Origin: Octopus sinensis | Taxonomy: Eukaryota | Assembly (NCBI RefSeq): GCF_006345805.1 | Contig: NC_043013.1 | Span: 14,322,001 to 14,386,000 of the forward strand | DNA length: 64,000 bases | Reading direction: 5' to 3' | Part shown: positions 1 through 14,121 of the stretch, one piece after another | Layout of the letters: each line of letters opens with the position of its first letter | Numbering within the stretch: the first letter of the stretch is position 1 | The notes under the pieces: model-generated | The model's database searches: none | The model's input: the letters and a program-made list of their open reading frames with translations, nothing else | What the model was told of the DNA's origin: nothing | Position numbers and translations under genes: made by a program

Positions 1-529
1 TATAAATATGCAAGGTTTGAATAATTGTGATTGATGTAAAGGTGACCTATGAAAATATGGGTAGATATGTGTGTGTGTGTGTGTGTGTTGTGTGTGTGTG
101 TCATCCCGTTTCTCAACAATCTCAACAATTATATACATTTACATATATGTGGCTATATATGTGTGTGCATGTGTGTCTATGCATATGTAGCTATATATGT
201 TTGTGTGTGTGTGTATACACATACATAATTATACGTAAATCTTAATATCTAGAGTTGAGGGAGCCGTATCATCTATCGTGGTTTTATCGTCACTCGATCT
301 CCAGACCTTGTTTATATGCCCTATTTGTCTTACCAGCCGTAGAGACTGTCAGCCATAGTGAAGAGCGTGATGGCCAAGCCAAGGCGCCGTTCTCCCTCCC
401 ACCGAACGTCTATAAATCTAGATTGCTTGCATTCTCATTGCTTGGATCCGGAGCGGCATTTTTTGTCTTCATTGTCAAAAGGGCGTATGTTTATTTTATA
501 AATAGGTGATGGTTTTCGGCGGACATATT

Positions 530-562
<33 letters not shown>

Positions 563-569
563 TATATAT

Positions 570-615
<46 letters not shown>

Positions 616-623
616 GAATATAT

Positions 624-656
<33 letters not shown>

Positions 657-835
657 CTATATATATACACATATATTATATGCATATATATATATGTACA
701 TATATTGTTATATAAAATGTGCATTTATACATATATATAGATATATATACACACACACATGTCTATATATTTTTAAATATTCTTGTATATGTAAACTGAT
801 ATGCACGTTTATATATTTACAAATACATATGTACT

Positions 836-871
<36 letters not shown>

Positions 872-1045
872 CATGCATACATACATGCATACATACATAC
901 ATACAAACATACATACATACATTTATATACTATATATCAACAGCGCGCATGGATTTCGTTGTATGTGTGTGTGTGTGTGTGCGTATGAGTGTAATATCAA
1001 TTGATAGCAATATATATTTATCACACACGCACGCACATACCTAGC

Positions 1046-1076
<31 letters not shown>

Positions 1077-1653
1077 ACATATATATATATACTGCTTACA
1101 CTTGGTTTTCATTGGCTTACCCTAAATAAGTTGTAAATAGCCATGCAAGCATAACCAGACAGCGCATCAAGTGTTTCCACTCCCTTTCTTGTTCGCTGTC
1201 TCCATATGCGTGCGAGCACACACGCACGCACCCCACACACACACACACATACACACACACACATACACACATACATTGACATATATTTACAGACATTTGA
1301 TTGTAGATATATATATACATATACTGCATGAATACCTAAAAGAAACTACAGCGGAAAGGAGTCAAAAATCACAAATGAAATGGCACTCGTGGAACAAAAT
1401 TGCAATAAAGCGATTGTCGTCATCAATGTTTCCACCAATCAAATGAAAGAATGGATTGAGATACGTGTTCCTTTTCGTCGTCTTTGTGACCGAGCGATAT
1501 ACTCCACAATGAAGGGCGAAAAGAGCATCCGAATGTTTCGGATTCAAATCCCACAAAAGTGACATTTCGAAAGCAGGAGGAGGGGCAACTAGTAATCATG
1601 ATCATGGCGGGATCGGTTCCCATAATGTTGTGAGGGACAAGTGGACAGCTCAC

Positions 1654-1703
<50 letters not shown>

Positions 1704-2127
1704 ATAATATAATATATATATATATATATATATAATATATTATATATATACTTATATATATATATATATATATATATTATGTTTATAATATCAAGAGTAA
1801 TAAGAAATATTAGAAATTTCTACTACCAGTGGCCTAACGGGTAAAATATTTAGTCAATAGACTATATATTCTTCATATAAACCGTTCATCCTAGCATGCA
1901 AGGAGTCCTATGATCCATGCTTGTTATGCGTTTAAATGTACACTGTTTTTATATATATAAATACAGTGTAATGTTTCTGCCGGCTCGCCACCTTCACATT
2001 ATAGGTATTCAACCAAAAACTGGTTTCAGTTTTTACATATTTGTGTATAGTCTCTAAGCGGAAATGGTAAAGATATACAAGACATATCACAGTTTCAGCA
2101 TGTGTTTGCTTTTGTTATTGCTTTTGA

Positions 2128-2450
2128 AGGCGAACGACTCAGTGGTTAGAGCGTCGGACTCACAATCATGAGGTAGTGAGTTCGATTCCCAGACCGAGCT
2201 GTGTTTTGAGCAAGAAACTTAATTTCACGTTGCTCCCGATCACTCAGCTGTAGAAATGAGTTGCCACGTCACTGGTGCCAAGAAGTATTGGCCTTTGCCT
2301 TTCCTTCCCACGGACATGGGAGGCTGGTATGCATAGGCGACTGCTGGTCTTCCACAAACAACCTCGCTTAGGCTTCTGCTTCGGACGGAAAATTCTAGAT
2401 GCAATCCCATGGTCATTCATGACCAAAGTGGAGTTTTTACCTTTTTGCCA
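2128..2450 (+). mobile_element. tRNA-derived SINE, working family D
   Basis: A/B-box head (CAGTGGTTAGAGCG...GAGTTCGATTCCC), CORE-like TTGAGCAAGAAACTT, and body matching the minus-strand copy at 20281-20596. Confidence 0.8.
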
Positions 2451-2639
2451 TTTTACCTTTGACTTCGAAAACTTACGCACGTGGTGTCCTTTTCGACAAG
2501 TAGTACCAGCATCAAGTGTGCAAGATCTCAGCCATTTTCCACAACGTGGTGATCCAAGATTTTTCTGTTCTACTGTTTCATTGAGAGAAGCTGTTACACG
2601 CAGAAGAAATCGAAAAATACCTTTCTCACGAGAAATTAT

Positions 2640-2745
2640 AGAAGGCAACTTGGGGCCAATGTGCTTTACAAAGGGACTGAACCCAAGACCACGCGATTCG
2701 GTAGGAAGCAAGTTTTTCACACCACAGTCAGGCCTTCGCCTTTAC
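2640..2745 (-). mobile_element. Diverged family A SINE head
   Basis: Reverse complement GGCGAAGGCCTGACTGTGGTG...GGGTTCAGTCCC aligns to the family A head. Confidence 0.5.
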
Positions 2746-2907
2746 ATATATATATTATAATATATATATATATATTATCTATATATATAATATATATATA
2801 TAATATATATATACAATACATATATATATATTTAAATATTATATACATAAATATATATATATATATGGGATATAAATAAATAATAAATATATATATATAT
2901 ATATATA

Positions 2908-2947
<40 letters not shown>

Positions 2948-3544
2948 TTACACATAAATACATTAAATACTTATTGTTAAGTGTTTATGGAAATATTTGT
3001 CTAGGAAACCAACTTAGTAAATTGGAAATTAATAAATTCAGCATACTCCCAACACACATACGCATGCGCACACATACATACACGCGCGCGCGAGCTCACA
3101 CAGACAATTTGCGAAGAACAAAACAAAAGAAATAAAAATAAAAAAACAAACGCTGGAAAAAAAATTTACAATTATAATAATTAAACGAAGTAAAATAAAA
3201 ACGTTCGCTTAACAAATATTTAACGAGAGTTTCTGAATATATTTATAGAGAAAATAAATAAATGAATAAATAAATAAACAAATAAATTTATCTATTTATT
3301 TGAAAACCTCAAAACTCGTCATCACTTACTTTTGCGGTAAATTTTATCAAATTATATCAATACAACGTTATTCCGATGATAATATATGTATGCATGTGTG
3401 TATGCATGTGTGTATGCATGTGTGTGTATGTATGTATGTATGTATGTATGCATGTGTGTATGTATGTGTGTGTGTATGTATGTATGCATGTATGTATTGA
3501 TGTAAATATATTATGATGGTGTGTGTATAAATATATTATTGTGC

Positions 3545-3588
<44 letters not shown>

Positions 3589-3886
3589 CCCGTACTTATG
3601 CCTATATATATATAAGTTGAATGCGTGTGAGCGTATATGTTTATATATCCATAAAGATTCGCATATATGTATGTGTAGTTACATGTAAAATAACATATAA
3701 GCGCAATTGTGTGTACGCTTATATACCTGTGAGTGTGTATGTATACATATATCCATATATATATATATATATTCACATAAAAACATACGTAGAAGTACTT
3801 ATATACATATGAATGAATATATACGTATATTTATGTATACTCACATTTACATACAGATATATATTCATATAGATCCTCACTAAACG

Positions 3887-3927
<41 letters not shown>

Positions 3928-4012
3928 GTGCATACATCAACGCTTACACCTATCCATGCTTACATACACACACACATATATATATACATACACATATTTG
4001 TATCTGTGTGTG

Positions 4013-4047
<35 letters not shown>

Positions 4048-4051
4048 ATAT

Positions 4052-4103
<52 letters not shown>

Positions 4104-4477
4104 GTTTGGGGGAGACGGGGAAACATTCAGAATGCCTAATATCTTTGAGATCTGCAAGAAATCTTGCTGCAGAGATTCCGTATTCTTCAGTTATCAGAGA
4201 AGGATCAATGAATATTCCATACTATATCCTGGTATTTTGCTTAACGAGAATTCTATGATACTTGTGGGGGAAGGGCGGTGGTGAGACTGATTTGGGTTGG
4301 GGAGAGCGGTCTAACTGTCTATTGTATGGATGGGCTGTGTGTGGATGGCAACTGGTTATTGTATAAATGGTTGAACAACAAGCTGTAACAAAAAATGGCG
4401 AAGTAACAGCGAGGACGGAATATGTCTGAAATGTAGGGAGTAAAGAAAAAAAAATGATTGTTATTATTATTACTTCA

Positions 4478-4690
4478 GGAGGTGAGTTGGCAGAGTTGTT
4501 AGCACGCTGGACGAAGTGCTTAGCGGTATTTCGCCCGCTTCTACGTCCTGAGATCGAATTCCGCCGAGGTCGACTTTGTTTTCATCCTTTCGGGGTTGAT
4601 AAAATAAGTAACGGTTGAACAATGGGGTCGATGAAATCGTCTCATTACCACCTCCCCCAAGCTGCCCTTGTGGCAAAAATTTGAAATAGC
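4478..4690 (+). mobile_element. Family B SINE (Nin/Deu-like core) with tail type 2, inside (TTA)n
   Basis: GGTGAGTTGGCAGAG head, GAGGTCGACTTTG..TTCATCCTTTCGGGG..GATAAAATAAGTA core, CTTGTGGCAAAAATTTGAAA tail. Confidence 0.85.
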
Positions 4691-4820
4691 AATAATGATT
4701 ATTATTGTTATTATTATTATTACAATTATTGTTATCATCATCATCATCATCATCATCATCATCGTTATCATTATCATTATTATTATTATTACTATTATTA
4801 TTATTATTACTAATTATTAT

Positions 4821-5229
4821 TCTATGTTTGACTTTTGCTTTATATTTGTACAAGTTGGCTCCAAGTCTCACCCAGAGACCTCAAGAGACACACAGGGTGG
4901 AATTCATGTTGTTGTTATGCCTAGTGTGCCATATATTTGGTGGGTGGGGATGTTGTACTAATGAATGTCTAAAAAAAAAAAAAAGTTTTTTTTTTTTTTT
5001 TTTTAACCGAAAATTATGTTTGTTTTAAACCTTGAGATTACATAGAGAGTATTTTGCGTAGGATATGAGCATCCCATGAGCACTATCTTTTGAACTTCTG
5101 CCATTTTTGGGTTTCCTGGTATCGAGTTAGGTAGCTATCAGCCCCTTTTGCTATCATTCCCAGGGCACCTATGACAACAGGTATTGTTTTAGTCTTCAGC
5201 TTCCACATTTTGCTGATTTCTATTTCATT
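4821..5229 (-). mobile_element. 3' end of a Dong/R4-like RLE non-LTR retrotransposon, copy 1
   Basis: Minus strand encodes EIEISKMWKLKTKTIPVVIGALGMIAKGADSYLT/IPGNPKMAEVQKIVLMG/AHILRKILSM* with frameshifts, then a 3' UTR; (TAA)n on both flanks. Confidence 0.8.
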
Positions 5230-5236
5230 ATTATTA

Positions 5237-5313
<77 letters not shown>

Positions 5314-5366
5314 TATTATTATTATTATTATTATATTAATTTTTTTTTTATTAATCATTATTATTA

Positions 5367-5612
5367 TTTGACTTCTGCTTTACATTTGTACAAGTTGGCT
5401 CCAAGTCTCACCCAGAGACCTCCAGAGACAAGTTAGAAGTTCATGTTGGTGTTATACCTTGGGTGCCATATATTTGGTTTTGTACATAGTGTTGTTCTAG
5501 AGAATGTTTTAAGAAACCATAAGAAAATTATGTTTGTTTTAAAACTTGAGATTACATAGAAAGTATTTTGCGTAGGATATGAGCAATTCCCCTGAGCACA
5601 ATCTTTTGAATT
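5367..5612 (-). mobile_element. Dong/R4-like 3' end, copy 2 (more truncated, tandem to copy 1)
   Basis: Matches 4825-5090 and ends AGTCAAA-TAATAAT. Confidence 0.8.
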
Positions 5613-6523
5613 ACATGAAATATTGGTGAAGGTCATGTAACCCTTTATATTTTTTTTATTTTGGGGAAATTTTTTGGAATTTTTTTACGAGTTTGTATCC
5701 TACACAAAGAAATTCATACAATTATGCAAAATCTATTTTAAAAATTAATGCGTGATTTAAGGCTTATTTAGCTATTATTTGTAGGGCATCTCACGAACAC
5801 CACATACCTCAAGTGTTTTAGACATTTAATAAGTGAAAATGACCGCATAATAAGTGAAAATGACCACAAGCAGCTTGGTAACAGATGGACTTGTTGCTAT
5901 GTCTGCGGCTTTCGGTGGGCTAAAATTGCACAAAATTAACAAATTTTAAAAGCTATTAACTCTTTATCGATTTATAGCGAAAATGAATTTCATGCCAATG
6001 ATCGGCATACGAAACTACACCAATACAACAAATAAGAAATCAAATGGAACAAAAATTGAAGAAATTGAAAAGTGGCAGCCAAAAGAAAAGAGTAGTAGTA
6101 GTAGTAGCAGGAGCAGCTGTTGTTGTTGTTTTTGTAACAGCAGCAGCAGCAACTACGATTGTAAATGTGGACACGGTAAATACTATTCCTCAACGAATAA
6201 ACATTTTCAAGCATGCACGATGATAATTGGAAAGTAAGTAAGGTAGAAAGAAGATGAAAGAATTGGTGTCACGGTACGAGTTAGATGGGCTAAAAAACAT
6301 ACATAACAAACTAACAAAAGAAAAAAAAAAGAAATATAAGAAAAATACAAGAATAAAAAAGACAGAAATCAAAATAATGGTAAAGCAAATATTTTGGTTC
6401 CTTAATGTAGATACGTGTCTGTCAGTTAATGATTTAGTAGACATCTCGAAGACTTCCTGTTTTTCACACCAATTATTCATTTTCTGTGTATCTGCGTCTC
6501 TCACTCCCCCCTCTCTCTCTCCA

Positions 6524-6560
<37 letters not shown>

Positions 6561-6664
6561 CGTGTATGTGTGTGTGTGTATGTATGCATGTATGTATGCA
6601 TATGTGTTTCTCAGTCTATATGCATCTGCGTATGTATGTGTCTGTATATCAATGTATGAATGTT

Positions 6665-6703
<39 letters not shown>

Positions 6704-7633
6704 GTATGCATGTGTATATATGTATGTATATGTAAATTATAAGGCCTATTTAGCTATTGATTTTAGCACATCTCACGAACACTTCATACTTCATATGTTT
6801 TAAACATTTAATAAAAATGACCACATTGGTGATTGGATAGTGAAAAGTGTATATTTTTTTTAATTGAACTAAGTTTTTTGTATCACCTACCATTTAACGC
6901 ATGCGCATAAGTGCAATTCCGTGGAATATTCACATTTATTTAGTATATACAATTGTTTCTTTATGAGGGAAAATGGAAAAAACAAAAGTGAATATTTATT
7001 TTATGAGTGCTGTGTATTAAGTCTATAAAATTGTATATAAAGTGTATATATAAAGTGCATTAAGTAATCATCGTATTCCAATTTCTTTCACTTTTCAATG
7101 AGTAGCAGATGAGCAACTATCTTACCATATACACACAACACAGGCTACGATTTTTAGATAAAGTTTTCAGAAATAACCCAATAGATATACCGTTCATTCC
7201 ATGAAGTATTCTCTCGTCCCACCAGTATATGATAAATGGATTATAAAAAATATGGAATTATTATATGGTTTTTTACTCATAGAAAAAGATTTCAGAAAAT
7301 ATTGAAAAATGAAATGTAAACCTAGAAGTAGTCACCTTCTCTCGAGGAGAATAAACACGCTTTATTTTTTATTTCATGTCATTACTTCATCTCTTGCCTC
7401 GTAAACAACTATACGCAAGGAACTATAAGCAACCTGTTGCTTATAGCTGTATAGGAGGGGCGAGGATAGACTGGAATAAGCAGGACAAGGGAGTCACTGA
7501 TGACATCACAGAATGTGTGACGTGAAAATGGACAGACTAAAATAAAATAAACAATACGAATAACAATAAATGTGTTGATCGATTAAATAGTACGTGATTT
7601 AATTGCCAATAAGATATGGCCATCCCCAAGTAT

Positions 7634-7723
<90 letters not shown>

Positions 7724-7748
7724 TAATGTAGGCAAATATACTGCAGTT

Positions 7749-7820
<72 letters not shown>

Positions 7821-8243
7821 AGATAATGTAGGCAAATATACTGCAGTTACCGTTGAAAAAATATCTCTCTTATGGTAAAAGGTGAGAAAACACCGGAGAC
7901 TTTGTGTTTATCCAAAATGGGACGAACACCATTCCTCCATGTGATCTATTTGAAAAATTGTTTAGGTATTAAGATCTTTTCCTATTTTTCGTAACATGAA
8001 ACCAGTGGTAGCCTTAATTCACAAATAAAGAAAATATATATATGACATACGCATATCATGTTGTTGAACAATTAAAAGTATGATGGCCAATGACCATTAT
8101 AAACCAGCTGAATAAAAATATCGGGGAAAAACCTTTAAAAAACATAAATGACAATAACAGAACTAAAACCTGTCTCTTACACATCACTTCCCCCACCCCG
8201 AATCTGCAATAACGATAACAACAGTAATAAAATCAGTAGTAGT

Positions 8244-8285
<42 letters not shown>

Positions 8286-8519
8286 TGAGGAGGAGGAGGA
8301 GCCTGATGGGCCATTGGTTTGATAATATTTTTACCCCGTGTTGCAATAGTTCAGGCGTCCAGTTTCCCATGGTTTGCATGCAAAGTTGTAATTATTCACA
8401 AAATATCTATAAAAAGTCACAACCCGGCGAATGTACATTTATTTTTATTTTCCTTTCTTTTATCACACTCACATACAAACACACACATACACATTCATAT
8501 ATATATATATATATATATA

Positions 8520-9552
8520 TACTAGCATTAAAGACCCGTCGTTGCCGGTTCATAGTGCTAGTGCATGTATATATGTATATATATATATGTGTACATATTA
8601 CATGTACATCTATATATATACATCTACACATAAAATACAAAATACAAAGTTATATCTTGATATCGCTAGTGATAACAATACTCAAAATATATAACAGACT
8701 GGAATTGTTAGTCCGTCTCTTGTAATTTCGATCAATTGTATCTTGTCCTCCCTCTTGTATAGAAGTGTAGCTACAATCCAGCTTAATTCTACTTCGGTGG
8801 GGGGGGGCATTTTAGATTTTTTCCGGGACGTCCTACGTCCCGGATATTTAGGGAAAAATTAAATATTTCCACTTAGCAAGTTCGAGTCGAGTACTCCCTT
8901 GCACTCGAACCTTGCTTCTATTGTGGCGAATTTACCGCCTCTGATTAGATATCTTTCATAGTCGCACCAAGACACTTTTCGAAGGTGCTTTCCTCCATGT
9001 GTTCAAATCTTCTTTTTTCTCTACATTGTATACTTTATAGACAATAGTCTTTTCTTTAATTTAATTTTTTATTATCCATCTGGACTATCCCATTTCTGCA
9101 TGCTAATTTTATTTTTAATTTATTCCTATTCATGTGAAACCACTTATTCAAGTTCAAGTCATTGATGCAATTTTATACCAATTGCTATTTTTACTTTTGT
9201 TATGTTACGATTATGTTATACTTTAGTTTGATTTTAATTATTACTTACTACATATAATTCAATTGTTATTATTATTTTTATTGTTAAAGTGAAAGTATCT
9301 GACATAAAATAGAGAAACGTTTTTGTTTCACTTTTAACACGTAATACTGAAATAGTGGCGAAGATATGATATTGCTATGGGCTCGCTCTAGGCAAGAAGT
9401 TGAACTTTTTTGCCCATGAAACAACATGGACCCTAAGTAAGGCATGCGTAAAATTTGAATGAAATTGGTTGTGCAGTTCTCAAGTTTTAGGGAAACACAC
9501 AGACAGACAGACAGACAGACAGACACACATTCTCAGTTTTATATATATAGAG
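8520..9552 (+). mobile_element. Non-autonomous Helentron/DINE-1-like (HINE) element
   Basis: 5' TACTAGC...ACCCG..CCGG, perfect hairpin TCCGGGACG/CGTCCCGGA (8822-8844), (GACA)n near the 3' end, terminus TTTTATATATATAG. Confidence 0.6.
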
Positions 9553-11115
9553 ATATGTATGTATGTATGTATGTATGCATGTATATATATGTATATGTAT
9601 ATGTATATGTGTGTGTGTTTGTGCGTGTGTGTTGATGTGTGTTTGTGTGTTTGTATGTATATATGTATATATATATGCATATATATATTTAACACAAAGG
9701 TATAGGTATTTTAAACCCGGGAAGTTACCTTACGAGTGTTTTGAAAAAATTCAGTTTTGACCAACCACATCGAATGATAGGAAACATCTTTAATCGTTTA
9801 GAATTTAAAAAATTAAACTGTACTCACTTGAATTGGTAAGTCCTGAGTTCGCTTCAACAGATTCCACAGAGAATACCATGAAGACAATAATGAAGACTGG
9901 AGAATTATACATCTTCAAAATTTATTTTTCTTTCTTCGCATTACGTTCCAATTCGTGTTTCTGCTGAATAAGTACCTTGGGTTCCTTTGGTATAACAGTT
10001 TTGTGCATTTAATCTGTTTATATTAAATCGATTGTAGTGTATGTTCTAATCCAAAGGCTGACAATCCTACCCAGCTTTATTCAAGGTGTTTCCCATACGG
10101 GTGGATGGAGTGAACTGAAGCTGTAAGTATTAAGTATAAGTTTCTAAAATACGTTCTTGGTGAAGGATTATAAAATATTAGGGCAAAAGACGGTGGAGAT
10201 AATATTGAATTATGACAGGTCCATAGTCCTGGTTTCATTTGATCTTTGAATAACTTCTTTAGACACCAAGGAAATAGATTACTATATTACGCTTAATAAT
10301 ATAGTAATCCCTTAGAAAGCCCCTTTAATAGGTCAGGATATTTTAACATCACTAGCTGCTCGTACTAAAAAGTATATAATATAATTTTAAGTAAATTGAC
10401 AGATTTAGAAAATCGAAACAAATTAGATAATATATTTCTTAGGGCAACTTGACTTATCCATAACAAGAGAATATTATAATACTCTTTCTGCGTTCCATCT
10501 TCATATCAGTCTTCTGGCTCCTTGCTTCAATTGTATTATCAAATTCTATGGAAAAAATCCAATCAAATTCTGCAAGTATCGTTCAGCGTGAAGGCTCCCA
10601 GATTCGCAATCATCTTTTTGCCGCCAAATTCATGCCGGCATTTATACTCTTTTTGCAGTAGTGCATTGCACTAGGTTAGCAGATGGTTAATTCTTTCATT
10701 CAGTTTCTATACATTCTATAACTATTATCTGTGTAAATCTTATCACTCTGTCTTATCAATTTTTTTCTATCGGTTTATTCCTGAGTGGCAACGATTGGTT
10801 ATTAAGTTCCTATTTTCAGATCTTTTTCTCTGAACTACAATCAGCATTCTTCACATCCAACTGCCTCGATTTATGAATTGGCCATTTAATTCCTTTTTCT
10901 TCCAGTTATTTGTCTTGTGGTTCTTTCTATTCTGAAGTGTGCAGAATTTTTTTTTTTTTTTTGCTATTTAAGATAATTGATTTTGTCTTAAGATTATGAA
11001 ATTAAAGTCAGTTACTTACAACTAGTGTATAACAAAAGAAATATTTTAATCGCTGTATTGATTTTTCTATATACCATTATTTAATCATATTTTTACTTTA
11101 TTTTGTAAATTATAT

Positions 11116-11493
11116 GGAAGCACTCCGTCGGTTACGACGACGAGGGTTCCGGTTGATCCGAATGAACGGAACAGCCTGCTCGTGAAATTAACGTGTAAGT
11201 GGCTGAGCACTCCACAGACACGTGTACCCTTAACGTAGTTCTCGGGGATATTCAGCGTGACACAGAGAATGTGACAAGGCCGGCCCCTTGAAATACAGGT
11301 ACAACAGAAACAGGAAGTAAGAGAATGTTGTGGTGAAAGAGTACAGCAGGGATCACCACCATACCCTGCCGGAGACTCGTGGAGCTTTAGGTGTTTTCGC
11401 TCAATAAACACTCACAACGCCCGGTCTGGGAATCGAAACCGCGATCCTATGACCGCGAGTCCGCTGCCCTAACCACTGGGCCATTGCGCCTCC
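11116..11493 (-). mobile_element. Family C SINE (tRNA-Arg-like head), full length
   Basis: GGAGGCGCAATGGCCCAGTGGTTAGGGCAGCGGACTCGCGG head; 15-bp TSD TTTTGTAAATTATAT at 11101-11115 and 11500-11514. Confidence 0.95.
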
Positions 11494-12016
11494 ACATTTT
11501 TTTGTAAATTATATTAGGCTAAAATAAATTATTGTTTATGTATTATATTTAACATAAAAAAATTTCATACAAAAAAAAATAATCAAACCACTTTTACTAG
11601 GATATATAATAATAATTTCTTTGTTGCTATGTCAAATATTAAAATAAAAACACTAAGTCTGTAAACATTCAAATAAAAAGAAAATTGGCAAGTCTGCAAA
11701 ACCTTACACGAACATTCGAATTGTCAGAAGGTTGTTTTTATGCATCTGAAAATTGTATTTTCCAGTGCGTGTAAACCCTTTAGAGGTTGACTCCCTTTCC
11801 TGTTACCGCGTAAAAACATGTCCAGACGACATTCCTGCAATAAATTGCATCAAACGACATTCTTTTTTCACGACCAACACTTGCAACATGAAATGCTGCT
11901 CGTATATCAAGAAGCAGCGAGATGACATTATGACTACATGCATGTTTTATAATGGAGGCCACCACTTTCTGAAATGGTTTCAAGAATTTTGTTTAAATTT
12001 GGGGTTATTAAATATT

Positions 12017-12428
12017 GGTTTCAACTTTTGACACAGGGCCAACAGGTTTGGCGGAAGGGGTACGTCAACTACATCAACTCCACTGCTCAACTGGTACATA
12101 TTTTTATCGACCACGAAAGGATGAAAAGCAAAGTCGACCTCATCGAAATTTGAACTGAGCATTTTTCCCGGCGTGCTCACGTTTCTTATTTCTTTATTGC
12201 CCACAAGGGGACAAACAAGGACAAACACAGAGGAGACAAACAAGGACAGACAAACGGATTAAGTCGATTACCTCGACCCCAGTGCGTAACTGGTGCTTAA
12301 TTTATCGACCCCGAAAGGATGAAAGGTAAAGTCGACCTCGGCGGAATTTGAACTCAGAACGTAACAGCAGACGAAATACCGCTAAGAATTTCGCCCGGCG
12401 TGCTCACGTTTCTGCCAGCTCGCTGCCA
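12017..12428 (-). mobile_element. Family B SINE dimer (full monomer with tail 1, then 5'-truncated monomer with tail 2)
   Basis: Two successive GGTCGACTTT..TTCATCCTTTCG cores. Confidence 0.85.
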
Positions 12429-12821
12429 CTTGGGGTTAATAAAATATTAGAAATCCTTGTATAGGATTACAAAAACCTGACAAATACCATGCTACCACAG
12501 TCTCTTGAGCTGTTTATATTTTTCAACTAGAATTTATTCTATGAAGCCAAAGATTATAGAAAATTTCTTCAGGCGTAAAATAAAGAATTCAAATACAGAC
12601 GATACTGCATGGAGCTTTGCTGGAAACGTTTCCCCCAGATGCGCACACATCACTCAAACAAACCGATATTTATTTTAAACATCTGCTTTCCTGCGGAATG
12701 AAATTATAATTTCAACTGTTTTTTCTTAAAAACAGTTTTCCCTGGATAGCGTTTTCCTATCGACCAAATCACTCCTTTTTCTGATGTACACTTTCAACTG
12801 AGGATTAAACTAATTTTTTTT

Positions 12822-13118
12822 TTAACTTTTGCATATTTCCTTTTTACAGTACTTAGCATTTTTGCTCTTTATTTTCATATCTTCAATTTCAAAGTATTTT
12901 AGAAAGATATCATCATTTAGATCTATCGCTTTGAAGACCAGATGTCTTGAGAACATTCGCGTCTCATCAAGACCACGAATAGTAAAGTCTAAAATTTTAT
13001 AATTGGTTACTTCTTCAAACTACTTATAGACTATCTTGATTAAAATTTCTACATCTTTCACTATTGTAACAGTATTCCAAATATCGCTTGCAAATAAATC
13101 TTCATAATATATGACACA
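12822..13118 (-). pseudogene. Possible decayed AT-rich coding remnant of unknown origin
   Basis: 99 codons with a single internal TAG (13020-13022): CVIYYEDLFASDIWNTVTIVKDVEILIKIVYK*FEEVTNYKILDFTIRGLDETRMFSRHLVFKAIDLNDDIFLKYFEIEDMKIKSKNAKYCKKEICKS*. Confidence 0.25.
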
Positions 13119-13671
13119 TCATTTAATGTATCAGATCAGAACTTACTTGTTTGAATCACGTGACCATTCGTTGTTTTTGCTTTTCTCTTAGCACTGCAGA
13201 TGGACTATCTGAACTAGACATCAGTAATTTTTTATATCCTGCTGATTGATCTTATAGAAATCGTTGATCTCATTTGTAATTGATTCTTAATTGAAAAATG
13301 AAATCGTACCCTAGATTTTAGCTGCTATTTTTCCTGAACGGAATATTTTTCATCAAAATTTTACTAATAAAAATATCTGTTCTTCCATCGACGCTCAACG
13401 ATTCATTTTTTAATTGCAGAACTTCAGGCATACTTTCGCAATGAGTGACAATTTATTGGTTCCGCTGACTCAAAAGCATAAATTTTATTACGTCAGCTTA
13501 TTGGCAAGGTTTCATATTCAACCATATGATCATTTTTATAAATCCTTGATTTTTCGTTTTTATGTTTTCCCGTAGTCCTCTGAAATTTTTCTTTTTACCG
13601 CTCGGTTCTGACACCCCATATTTTTTTGTATTTGTCTTATTTTTTCTTGTTCATTCTTGTCTTTCAGATTC

Positions 13672-14121
13672 TCTTTACTCTCTTTTACTCTTTTACTTGT
13701 TTCAGTCATTTGACTGCGGCCATGCTGGAGCACCGCCTTTAGTCGAGCGAATCGACCCCGGGACTTATTCTTTGTAAGCCCAGTACTTATTCTATCGGTC
13801 TCTTTTGCTGAACCGCTAAGTGACGGGGACGTAAACACACCAACATCGGTTGTCAAGCAATGCTAGGGGGACAAACACAGACACACAAACATACAATTAC
13901 ACTCATACATATATATATATATATTATATATATATATATATATATTATATACATATATACGACAGGCTTCTTTCAGTTTCCGTCTACCAAATCCGCTCAC
14001 AAGGCATTGGTCGGCCCGGGGCTATAGCAGAAGACACTTGCCCAAGATGCCACGCAGTGGGACTGAAACCGGAACCATGTGGTTGGTTAGCAAGCTACTT
14101 ACCACACAGCCACTCCTGTGC
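13672..14121 (-). mobile_element. Family A SINE, full length
   Basis: GCACAGGAGTGGCTGTGTGGTAAG head, CCTTGGGCAAGTGTCTT, internal (TA)/(TG) tract, GGCGGTGCTCCAGCATGGCCGCAGTCAAATGACTG tail with (AAAAGAGT)n. Confidence 0.95.

Noticed and set aside
255-1650. Short GC-richer islands with splice-like sites (325-420, 1120-1200, 1340-1650)
   Set aside because: No consistent strand or frame, weak acceptors and no recognisable peptide.
2244-2760. Two ~160-aa ORFs
   Set aside because: They are built from a family D SINE tail and a diverged family A head.
4100-4260. Unique island between TA tracts, considered as a LINE fragment
   Set aside because: No diagnostic motif in any frame.
6930-7040. MEKTKV start resembling a mariner N-terminus
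   Set aside because: Similarity lasts only a few codons, with no clear TIR or downstream motifs.
7490-7545. CTGATGA-CATCACA..TGTGACG-TGAAA, resembling the 56642 motif
   Set aside because: No valid helix III or NUH triplet. At most a degraded relative.
7700-7850. Short tandem duplication (GA)n-GATAATGTAGGCAAATATACTGCAGTT
   Set aside because: Ordinary microsatellite-mediated slippage or an assembly effect.
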